Shown here: positions 8,800 to 16,182 of the stretch, piece after piece
Position numbering within the stretch: position 1 is the first letter of the stretch
How the letters are laid out: each line of letters starts with the position of its first letter
Assembly (NCBI GenBank): GCA_964538225.1
Contig: CAZIDW010000005.1
Span: 1-35,424, forward strand
Direction of reading: 5' to 3'
DNA: 35,424 bases
Origin: an uncultured Candidatus Peribacteria bacterium
Lineage (GTDB): Bacteria; Patescibacteriota; Gracilibacteria; UM-FILTER-43-11
Notes under the pieces: generated by a model
Seen by the model: only the letters and a program-made list of their open reading frames with translations
Database searches by the model: none
What the model was told of the DNA's origin: nothing
Position numbers and translations under genes: made by a program

Positions 8800-10287
8800 T
8801 TGCAAACAAAAACTTCTAAAATCATCAGTGTCTTTTTACTGGCCATTGCTCCTCTTGCATTGGGGGGCTGTTTTCAGGAAAAATGCCCCAATCCCTCCGA
8901 AAACATCCCGGGGACCAGCGATTTTAGGGAAGACTGCCCGTATGAAGAAGAAGGCGCCAGTGCCACGGGCCGGCGGGAACTGGATTTTTATTTCGTGTAC
9001 GACAACACCGACGCGTTCCGCGAACAGGTCCAGGCCTTCCAGAGCCAGAACACCGGCCTGACCGTGCGCATGAAAAAGTTCGTGGATCTAGAGGAATATG
9101 AAGACCTCATTATCAACGAGATTGCGGAAGGCGAAGGACCGGATGTGTTTATGGTGCATAATTCCTGGATGCTGAAACACTGGAAAAAACTGTTACCCCA
9201 GCCGCTTGATCTGCCAATCGTCATCACGCCTGATGTGTTCCGGCAGACGTTCTTCCAGGCCGCGATCGATGATTTGATCATCGAAGAACAGGTCTACGGC
9301 ATGCCGCTTTCCATCGATAACCTGGCCATTTATTACAATAAGGCTTATTTCCGCGATTTACTCGCCACCACCGACCAGCCCGGCGCTCTATGGGAAGACA
9401 TCAGAGATCAGGTCTTCCAGCTCACCAAACAGAACAACAGCCCGGAACGTTTCGCGCTGGCAGGCATCGCCATGGGGCGCGCGGATAACATCGCCCGCGC
9501 TGTGGATATCCTTTACACGCTTTTCCTTCAGTACGGGGTAGATTTTTATGATGATACGGGCGAATCTGCCACGTTCGCGGATAGGGAAGGGGCGTATTCC
9601 GGGGCGCTTGATTTCCCGGGAGTGGAGGCGCTGACGCTTTACACCAGTTTCGGCCTGCCCACCTACAAGAATTACAGCTGGAATGAATACATCACCGGGT
9701 TTGCGCCGGCAGACAAGGAAATCAACCCTTTTGTGCGCGGCAAGGTGGCCATGATCATCGGTTATCCGTATTTATACGACAATTTGGTTCAGGCCATCCA
9801 GAACCAGCAGAAAGCCGGCGGGGACCACATCAATGTGGAGGACATCGGCACCGCGCCCATGCCCCAGCTTACCACTCCCACCGAAACGTCGCGCCGTGAT
9901 ACATTGGCCAGTTATTTTCCGCTGGTGGTCGCCCGCACAACAGACATGCCGAAAGAGGCATGGGCATTGGTGCAGTACCTTACGACTGCCGACAGCCTGC
10001 AGACCTACCACAAAAAGACCAACCGCCCCACCAGCCGGAAAGATATGGTGCAGGAACAGCAGACCGATCCGATTTTCGGGGTGTTCGCCTATCAGGCGCC
10101 GTTTGCCAAGAGCTTCAGGATCTACGACGCGGATTCTTATCGTAAAGTCTTTACCGATGCCATCCAGAACGTTGTCACCAATGTCATGACTTCCAAAGAA
10201 GCCCTGGCGGAAGCGCAGGCCAAAATCACCTGTATCATCAAAAAACAGAAGAAATTAGTGGGTAGCGAAGTGGATTGTGGGATTTGA
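8800..10287 (+). CDS. extracellular solute-binding lipoprotein (ABC-type, family 1), orphan
   Basis: It has a TTG start and a signal peptide with the lipobox LALGGC. Its length and motifs (GPDVFMVHNSWM, DNLAIYYNKAYF) are typical of sugar-type SBPs. No permease or ATPase genes lie adjacent. Confidence 0.8.
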   Translation: MQTKTSKIISVFLLAIAPLALGGCFQEKCPNPSENIPGTSDFREDCPYEEEGASATGRRELDFYFVYDNTDAFREQVQAFQSQNTGLTVRMKKFVDLEEYEDLIINEIAEGEGPDVFMVHNSWMLKHWKKLLPQPLDLPIVITPDVFRQTFFQAAIDDLIIEEQVYGMPLSIDNLAIYYNKAYFRDLLATTDQPGALWEDIRDQVFQLTKQNNSPERFALAGIAMGRADNIARAVDILYTLFLQYGVDFYDDTGESATFADREGAYSGALDFPGVEALTLYTSFGLPTYKNYSWNEYITGFAPADKEINPFVRGKVAMIIGYPYLYDNLVQAIQNQQKAGGDHINVEDIGTAPMPQLTTPTETSRRDTLASYFPLVVARTTDMPKEAWALVQYLTTADSLQTYHKKTNRPTSRKDMVQEQQTDPIFGVFAYQAPFAKSFRIYDADSYRKVFTDAIQNVVTNVMTSKEALAEAQAKITCIIKKQKKLVGSEVDCGI

Positions 10288-10290
10288 TTA

Positions 10291-10330
10291 CCCATTGAGG
10301 GCTCAATTGAGGACCCATTGATTGCAATTC
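10291..10330. repeat. CCATTG/CAATTG-word repeat, left flank of the four-helix-bundle gene
   Basis: The sequence is cccattgagggctcaattgaggacccattgattgcaattc. It is related to 10763-10797 and, in reverse complement, to 12322-12390. Confidence 0.7.
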
Positions 10331-10392
10331 GGTTGATAATTAATACATATGTAATGTAATTAACCCTCTTTTTTGTTATTAAAGATTTTATT

Positions 10393-10749
10393 GTGCATTA
10401 TAGTGAATTAAAGATTTATCAGATTGCTAAAAAACTTGAGGAAGAGCTTGAGAAAGAATTAAATAATATTTTATTTTATTGGCAAATAGAAGATGTTGAT
10501 CAGGTTAGGCGATCTTCATCTTCTTCAACGACCAATATTGTTGAAGGGCATGGGAGACGTTTCTATGTTAAGGATTATATAAAATTTTTGAATTATTCTC
10601 TTACGTCGAGCGATGAAACTCAAAAACATATTCATAAACTTTATGTAAGCAAACACTTGTGTAAACATAAGTATGAATATTTTTTCAAAGGCTATAAAGA
10701 TTTATCGGTTCGGATATTAAACTATATAAACTGGTTGCGAAATAACTGA
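10393..10749 (+). CDS. four-helix-bundle protein (23S rRNA intervening-sequence protein / Avd family)
   Basis: The 118-aa protein has a GTG start. The family-typical pattern is L.IYQ.A..L....RRS..S...NIVEG.GR....D...FL..S..S..E....L. The gene is markedly AT-rich compared with its neighbours. Confidence 0.85.
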   Translation: MHYSELKIYQIAKKLEEELEKELNNILFYWQIEDVDQVRRSSSSSTTNIVEGHGRRFYVKDYIKFLNYSLTSSDETQKHIHKLYVSKHLCKHKYEYFFKGYKDLSVRILNYINWLRNN

Positions 10750-10762
10750 TATACTTAGTCGC

Positions 10763-10797
10763 GATCCATTGGGTCTTCCATGGGCCCTCAATTGGTT
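10763..10797. repeat. CCATTG/CAATTG-word repeat, right flank of the four-helix-bundle gene
   Basis: The sequence is gatccattgggtcttccatgggccctcaattgg. It shares about 21 of 24 positions with ctattgggtcctccatgagtcctc inside tsaE (12369-12392). Confidence 0.7.
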
Positions 10798-10803
10798 TTC
10801 CAT

Positions 10804-12051
10804 ATGACAACTGTTATTAAATATCTCTGGGGCTTATTCCTTTTCACTTTCCCCCTTTCTATCCGCTGGGTGTTTTATGAACCGGCCAGTTACCGGTTCG
10901 GCAATTTTAACCCATGGGTGACAGGGTTTGTGTATTTGCCGGAGATCTTATTGGGGGTGGTTTTTATTTTGTGGTTTATTTATAAGTTGAAAGTTGAAAG
11001 TTCGCCGTTGAAAGCTGAAAGTTGGTTGTGGGGTTTGTTCTTTTTATTCGTCATCAATGCTTTTGTGGTGACATTGCTTTTTGGTGATGCGTTTTTGGGA
11101 GCGATGTTTGTCCTCCGTGTTTTTGAGGGATTAGTGGTCTTCTGGCTTTTGACTGATGAGATACTATCCGTTAAACAAGTGGTTACCATCCTGTTGTTCG
11201 GCGCGGTTCTGCAGATTTTATGGGGGTACGCGCAGTGGCGGCTAAACGGGTCTTTAGGGCTCCCCTGGCTGGGCGAATCCGTGTTTGGGCCGGAGGCGCT
11301 GAACGTGGCCAAGATCGATTTGGCGGACGGCGCCAAACAAGTGCGGGCTTACGGGTCTTTTTTACACCCCAACATCCTGGCGGCCTATTTGCTTACCGTC
11401 CTGTTTTTAAGCCTCCGTTATTTAAAATACGGCTATAAACTGTTCTGGATTGCTTTGTTTGTGTGGGGCATCTATTTAACCCGCAGTCAGGCCGCGGTAT
11501 GGGTAGGCGCGGCCGTGTTGGGTTTGTATGTTTTGTTCGCTTTTTTCAAATCTCCTCTGTTCCGTAAAGGGATTGGGCTGGCGGTCGTGGTGGTGCTGGC
11601 TTTGGGGAATTTCTGGTTTTTTAAAAACAGCCACGCCATCCAAACACGCGACCTTTCCATCCAGGAACGTCTGGAGCAGAATGTTATCAGCCGGAACATG
11701 TGGGCGGAACATCCGTTTGGGGTCGGTGTGTCGAATTTTACCCTGGAGATGGAACAGTTCAATGCCGATAAACTCCTCCCCTGGGAATTCCAGCCGGTCC
11801 ACAATACGTATTTCCTCATCCTGAATGAAGTCGGTGTACAGGGGCTGCTGCTGTTGCTTTTGTTTGTTCTGGCTCTGTTCGATCGTTATTGGGTGGGCGG
11901 GAAAGCCATCGGTGTTTTTGCCCTCCTTTTGCTGGCGCCTTTTGATCATTTTCTGTGGGACAGCTGGGTGGGGCTGATGCTGGTGGCGATTGTGGCAGGA
12001 TTTTTTGCGCTGGAAAACCATCCGCATAAGCTGTTTACTAAAGAAGACTAA
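10804..12051 (+). CDS. O-antigen ligase (Wzy_C) family polytopic membrane protein
   Basis: There are about 10 hydrophobic segments and a central loop with AYGSFLHPNILAAYL and RSQAA, typical of the O-antigen ligase/WaaL-like family. I chose the ATG at 10804. The upstream extension from 10780 is encoded by the flanking repeat. Confidence 0.78.
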   Translation: MTTVIKYLWGLFLFTFPLSIRWVFYEPASYRFGNFNPWVTGFVYLPEILLGVVFILWFIYKLKVESSPLKAESWLWGLFFLFVINAFVVTLLFGDAFLGAMFVLRVFEGLVVFWLLTDEILSVKQVVTILLFGAVLQILWGYAQWRLNGSLGLPWLGESVFGPEALNVAKIDLADGAKQVRAYGSFLHPNILAAYLLTVLFLSLRYLKYGYKLFWIALFVWGIYLTRSQAAVWVGAAVLGLYVLFAFFKSPLFRKGIGLAVVVVLALGNFWFFKNSHAIQTRDLSIQERLEQNVISRNMWAEHPFGVGVSNFTLEMEQFNADKLLPWEFQPVHNTYFLILNEVGVQGLLLLLLFVLALFDRYWVGGKAIGVFALLLLAPFDHFLWDSWVGLMLVAIVAGFFALENHPHKLFTKED

Positions 12052-12054
12052 TTT

Positions 12055-12110
12055 ATTTGAGATTTGTGATTTGTGATTTAAATTTAGAATCTCATATCTT
12101 GAATTTGAAA
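12055..12110. repeat. heptad array immediately upstream of the tsaE ATG
   Basis: The sequence reads atttgag atttgtg atttgtg atttaaa tttagaa tctcata tcttgaa tttgaaa. The first 24 nt are the reverse complement of the CACAAAT array in the GT2 gene. Confidence 0.8.
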
Positions 12111-12111
12111 A

Positions 12112-13221
12112 ATGGAAGCGATTTATTTATCTGAATCACCGGAAGCCACCATTCGTTTAGGTGAAAAACTCGCCCACCGCTTACAAGGCGGCGATACTGT
12201 TTTGCTTTTTGGTGATTTGGGGCTGGGGAAGACTCATTTTATTAAAGGGATTGCAAAGGGATTGGGTATTGAGATGACGATTAAAAGCCCTACCTATGCG
12301 TATGTGAACCAATACCCGATAGAGGGCCCAATCAAAAGCCCAATCGATCGCAATTCAGGTTCACAATCTATTGGGTCCTCCATGAGTCCTCCACTGGTTT
12401 TTTATCATTACGACCTTTATCGTTTCAGCGAGGGAAACGATTTGTCGTCAATCGGTTACGATGAAAGCCTGGGTAATCCGACTGCCATCAACGCGGTGGA
12501 GTGGGCAGACCGGCTGGGCGGCCATCTGCCACGTACTTATGTCAAAGTCGGACTGGAAGGAGGCGCGGAGGCGCGCAAGATCTCCATCGAATTCATCGAC
12601 CCCCGTATCCCCACTAAGCTCACTATCCACCAGTTATATGATGAATGGGCGACCCCCCAGCATGTGCGCGCGCATATTAAACAGGTCACACACGTGGCTA
12701 TTCAATTGGCGCAGGCGTTTATCGAGCAGGGCGAGATCATCAACGTAAACCTCTTATACGCCGCTTCTATGCTCCACGATATCAGCCGGGTGTGTGATTT
12801 CAGCAGTCTGGACCGCAACCAGTTTAAAGAGGAGGTAACGGATGAGAAATGGAAAAAATGGCAGGCCTGCCGCCGGGATTACAAAGGGATGCATCACGCG
12901 GATATTGCCTTTGACCAGTTCACCAAACTCGGTTTTTCAGAGGTGGCGGAGGTCGTCCGCCTGCACAAGTCACTGAATATCGTCGATGAACCGGATTCTT
13001 ATGACACCTTAGAAAAAAAGATTCTTTATTACGCGGACAAGCGCGTGAAGCACGATGAAATCGTGGATTTAGACGAACGGTTCCGGGATGGGCGGGAGCG
13101 GTATGGAAAATACGATGATCGGCAGACACGGGAACGGTTTGAACAGGTCGAGAAAAAAACGCGCCAACTGGAAAAGGAGTTATTTAAGGGGCTGAAGATC
13201 GGGCCGAAGGACATAAAGTAA
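12112..13221 (+). CDS. tsaE: tRNA t6A37 biosynthesis ATPase TsaE fused to a C-terminal HD-domain phosphohydrolase
   Basis: The N-terminal TsaE motifs are the P-loop GDLGLGKTHF, SPTYAYV and HYDLYR. The C-terminal half carries H...HD...HH...D (MLHDISR, HHADIAF, YYADKRV), like YqeK-type HD hydrolases. A ~22-aa repeat-derived insertion lies between SPTY and HYDLYR. Confidence 0.85.
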   Translation: MEAIYLSESPEATIRLGEKLAHRLQGGDTVLLFGDLGLGKTHFIKGIAKGLGIEMTIKSPTYAYVNQYPIEGPIKSPIDRNSGSQSIGSSMSPPLVFYHYDLYRFSEGNDLSSIGYDESLGNPTAINAVEWADRLGGHLPRTYVKVGLEGGAEARKISIEFIDPRIPTKLTIHQLYDEWATPQHVRAHIKQVTHVAIQLAQAFIEQGEIINVNLLYAASMLHDISRVCDFSSLDRNQFKEEVTDEKWKKWQACRRDYKGMHHADIAFDQFTKLGFSEVAEVVRLHKSLNIVDEPDSYDTLEKKILYYADKRVKHDEIVDLDERFRDGRERYGKYDDRQTRERFEQVEKKTRQLEKELFKGLKIGPKDIK

Positions 13222-13264
13222 TCAAGGGCGGGAGGAAGGCGGCTCCCCTTGGGTCAAGGGGAGA

Positions 13265-13371
13265 GGAAGAGGGGTTAGATGATTAATGGTTATGTTTAAA
13301 AAACCATATTTGCTGGAGCGCTTTTGTAAAGGGGTCCAGCCTTTGTGTTTAGGTTGCGCTTGGAGCCCATT
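13265..13371 (+). repeat. copy 1 of a ~90-110 nt intergenic repeat (terminator-like hairpin module)
   Basis: The block ggaagaggggttagatgattaa matches copy 2 at 19/22 positions. The block tgctggagcgcttttgtaaaggggtccagcctttgtg matches at 34/37. The block ttgcgcttggagcccatt matches at 17/18. It contains GCTGGA-17nt-TCCAGC followed by a T-rich run. Confidence 0.8.
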
Positions 13372-13429
13372 GCAAATACGCTCCAGCTTACAGAATCACA
13401 ATTCACAAATCTCAAATCACAAATAGGGA

Positions 13430-14188
13430 TTATTCATCTTTCTCTGCATCCTCTTCCTCCTCATCTTCCGCATCCTCATCCTCATCTTCATCCTCTTCAT
13501 CCTCCTCTTTTTCTTCCGGCTCGATATCCTTATCGCCGCCCAGGTCGGTCTGAACGTTCAGGGCATCAATGCCGTACAACCGCAAGAAATTATCATATAC
13601 CAGTTCGCTTAAACCTCCTATTATTTCTAACACAAACCATACACCCGGCATGGCGATGAGCATGATAGTGATGTCTTTGACGCCGGTGGTCACAAACAGC
13701 AGGGCCAGGCCGATGCTCACAAATACGCCCAATGCGTTGCTGTAAATGCCTAAAAGAGAATATTGATAGCCTGCCAGCACCTCCATGATCAGGGCGGAAA
13801 TAAACGCGCTGAGCAAGAAGTGTACAGCCGCGATCGCGATAACGATGTCTAAGGCCACTCCCATCAAATAAAGCGGAATCGTGAGGAAAAACAGGATAAG
13901 GTTGAATAAAAAGATATGCATCACGGTCGTCTTCCGCCGGCTGTACTTTTCGTTGTCCATAAACGTCACCATCACACCGGTGATTGTGTTGGCGACCAGT
14001 GTGCCCACAAAGGTCATGATGACGATTACAAAAAGCGACAGCGAGGTGGCTTCGTCGGTCTGGGGCAGGACGTTCTGCAGGAGGAAATAAACAATGAAAA
14101 GCGCCAGAGTGCCGGCGGCCCCGCCCACGACACCGCTAAGCAGCCTTAGCATGAACAACGTAAAGGTCAGTGGTCTTTTTTGGTCCAT
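13430..14188 (-). CDS. polytopic membrane protein with poly-acidic C-terminal tail, unknown function
   Basis: The 252-aa protein has about 6 hydrophobic segments and a C-terminus of EEKEEDEEDEDEDEDAEDEEEEDAEKDE. Confidence 0.7.
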   Translation of the reverse strand: MDQKRPLTFTLFMLRLLSGVVGGAAGTLALFIVYFLLQNVLPQTDEATSLSLFVIVIMTFVGTLVANTITGVMVTFMDNEKYSRRKTTVMHIFLFNLILFFLTIPLYLMGVALDIVIAIAAVHFLLSAFISALIMEVLAGYQYSLLGIYSNALGVFVSIGLALLFVTTGVKDITIMLIAMPGVWFVLEIIGGLSELVYDNFLRLYGIDALNVQTDLGGDKDIEPEEKEEDEEDEDEDEDAEDEEEEDAEKDE

Positions 14189-14368
14189 TTTTGTTTGGGT
14201 GAATAAAGTAGTTCTTCTTTATTATTTTAAAGGAGTTTTGGTTATATTTAAACTCAAAATTCAAAAATTTGATTCAGGACAGAGCCTCCAATTTACCGTT
14301 AAGCATTTTGTGGAGATTCTGAAACAAGTTCAGAAACTGCATAAAATGCAAATTGAGTTTTTCGGTTT

Positions 14369-14836
14369 TTAACTGATATCAGTTTTGTACGTTAAAAAGA
14401 ACAAGGCGATCAGGCCGCAGGTTATCCCTACATCCGCGATGTTGAATACCGGGAAGGGTTTTAAAACAATAAAGTCCACCACAGCGCCCAAATGGATGCG
14501 GTTGATCAGATTTCCGACTGCCCCCCCGCTGACGATGCCCAGTAAAAACGAATTCAGCAGCGGTCTTTTTTTCAGCGCCAACAGATATTTCCACCCAAAA
14601 TAAAGCAAAAGCCCTAATACGGTTACTGAAATGATGATTTGGATCGCGTGGCCCATCTGGATTCCAAAAGCCACCCCTGTGTTGTGCTGAAGGGTAAAAT
14701 AAAGAAACCGCTTAATAAAAACAATCGGTTCAGAATAAAAATGCAAAAAATAATATTTAGTTATTAAATCAATTGCCAGCCACCCGATAGCTGATACAAT
14801 AAACACTCCGTATTGTCGTTTTTTTAGTTTTTTCAT
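14369..14836 (-). CDS. lspA: lipoprotein signal peptidase (signal peptidase II)
   Basis: The 155-aa protein has 4 TM segments and the conserved motifs GGAVGNLINR and FNIADVGITCG. Confidence 0.9.
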   Translation of the reverse strand: MKKLKKRQYGVFIVSAIGWLAIDLITKYYFLHFYSEPIVFIKRFLYFTLQHNTGVAFGIQMGHAIQIIISVTVLGLLLYFGWKYLLALKKRPLLNSFLLGIVSGGAVGNLINRIHLGAVVDFIVLKPFPVFNIADVGITCGLIALFFLTYKTDIS

Positions 14837-14872
14837 ACTGCGCGAATATTATATACTTAACTTACGCAATGA

Positions 14873-14958
14873 CCAATTTCCAATTTTCAAAATTTATTAG
14901 ACATTAGATATTAGGACTTGTATTAGGACTTGGAAATCATTTGGAATTTGGAAATTGG
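14873..14958. repeat. word-repeat region with a perfect 11-bp inverted repeat in the divergent lspA/ftsW promoter region
   Basis: CCAATTTCCAA (14873-14883) pairs with TTGGAAATTGG (14948-14958). Between them lie attagac attagat attagga cttgt attagga cttgg repeats. Confidence 0.8.
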
Positions 14959-14982
14959 AATGAACTGGAAATTTAGTAAATT

Positions 14983-16182
14983 ATGAAACGAAAACAATTT
15001 GACACCGTATTGGCTCTTATGTTCTTTGGTCTGGTGCTTTTTGGCATTGTGATGGTTTCAAGCGTGAGCGTGTATGAATCCCACCAGCTGACGGCGGACA
15101 TGGCGCAGAGGGGCCTTTTGGAAAAACCCACTAATAGTTTTTACTTATGGCGTCATGTCTGGCGCGTGGCCCTTTCCATTCCCCTGGCGGTCCTGATGAT
15201 CTACCTACCCCTGAAAGTGTGGAAAAAAGGCGCCCTGTTCCTTTTTATCGCCTCCCTGCTGTTGCTGATCGTCTTGTTTTTACCGGGCATCGGGGCGAAT
15301 TACGGCACATCCACCAGCTGGATCAACCTGCCCTTCCTCCCCTCCCTCCAGCCCGCCGAACTTGTTAAGCTCACGCTGATTTTTTATCTGGCGGTCTGGA
15401 TGGAAAAGCGCCAGGAGCTCGTCCGGTCCTTCCAGTACGGCTTTATTCCTTTTACCATCCTGCTCAGCGCGGTGGTGGTGCTTTTGGCGCTCCAGCCGGA
15501 TTTCGGATCGGTGTTGGTGATTTCTGTCATCGCGGTCAGTATGTTTTTCGCGGCCGGGGGCAGTCTGCTTCATATCATCGCCGGGGCGCTGATGTCCGCG
15601 TTCATGGCTTATCCAATCATCATGAGCAAGGATTACATCCGGAACCGTTTTATGGTGTTTCTGGATCCTTCCCTCGACCCATTAAACATCAGTTTCCAGA
15701 TCAAACAGGCTCTGATCGCTGTTGGCAGCGGGGGGCTTTTTGGGGTCGGTTTCGGCAAATCTATCCAAAAATTCGGTTACCTGCCCGAGGTTCAGGGCGA
15801 TACCATTTTCGCGGCCGCTGCCGAGGAGCTCGGCTTTATCCGCATCAGCTTTTTGGTGATCGCGTATCTTGTGATCGCTTATCGCGGGTTCCGCATTGCC
15901 AACAACGCGCCGAACCGTTTTGCTATGCTGGTGGCCGTGGGAATCACGAGCTGGTTTGTGTTTCAGGCCATTATCAATATCGGCGTCAATCTGGCGCTTT
16001 TACCTTTAACCGGCCTTACTCTGCCTTTTGTCAGTTATGGAGGTTCCTCTCTGATTGCCAATATGCTGGGAGCCGGTATTTTACTTAATATTTCCCGTTA
16101 TGCCGAACAAACGAATCCTGTTAGCCGGCGGGGGGTCCGGCGGGCACGTTATGCCCAACCTCGCTATCGCCACAGAACTTAG
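14983..16182 (+). CDS. ftsW: SEDS-family peptidoglycan polymerase (FtsW/RodA)
   Basis: The 399-aa protein has about 10 TM segments and the motifs QPDFGS, PEVQGDTIFAAAAEELG and LPFVSYGGSS. Its position directly upstream of murG favours FtsW. The 3' end overlaps murG by 83 nt. Confidence 0.88.
   Translation: MKRKQFDTVLALMFFGLVLFGIVMVSSVSVYESHQLTADMAQRGLLEKPTNSFYLWRHVWRVALSIPLAVLMIYLPLKVWKKGALFLFIASLLLLIVLFLPGIGANYGTSTSWINLPFLPSLQPAELVKLTLIFYLAVWMEKRQELVRSFQYGFIPFTILLSAVVVLLALQPDFGSVLVISVIAVSMFFAAGGSLLHIIAGALMSAFMAYPIIMSKDYIRNRFMVFLDPSLDPLNISFQIKQALIAVGSGGLFGVGFGKSIQKFGYLPEVQGDTIFAAAAEELGFIRISFLVIAYLVIAYRGFRIANNAPNRFAMLVAVGITSWFVFQAIINIGVNLALLPLTGLTLPFVSYGGSSLIANMLGAGILLNISRYAEQTNPVSRRGVRRARYAQPRYRHRT

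Noticed and set aside
10393-10749. A diversity-generating retroelement, because the four-helix-bundle protein belongs to the Avd family.
   Set aside because: No reverse transcriptase ORF and no template/variable repeat pair are present anywhere in the window. The gene appears to be a stand-alone IVS-type copy.
13345-13659. The 104-aa His/Pro-rich ORF, and the 62-aa ORF at 23855-24043. Both start inside the two copies of the intergenic repeat.
   Set aside because: Both begin at a GTG within the repeat. They then run antisense through the 3' ends of real minus-strand genes, and the His/Pro run is simply the complement of the poly-acidic tail. The shared N-terminus reflects the DNA repeat, not a protein family.
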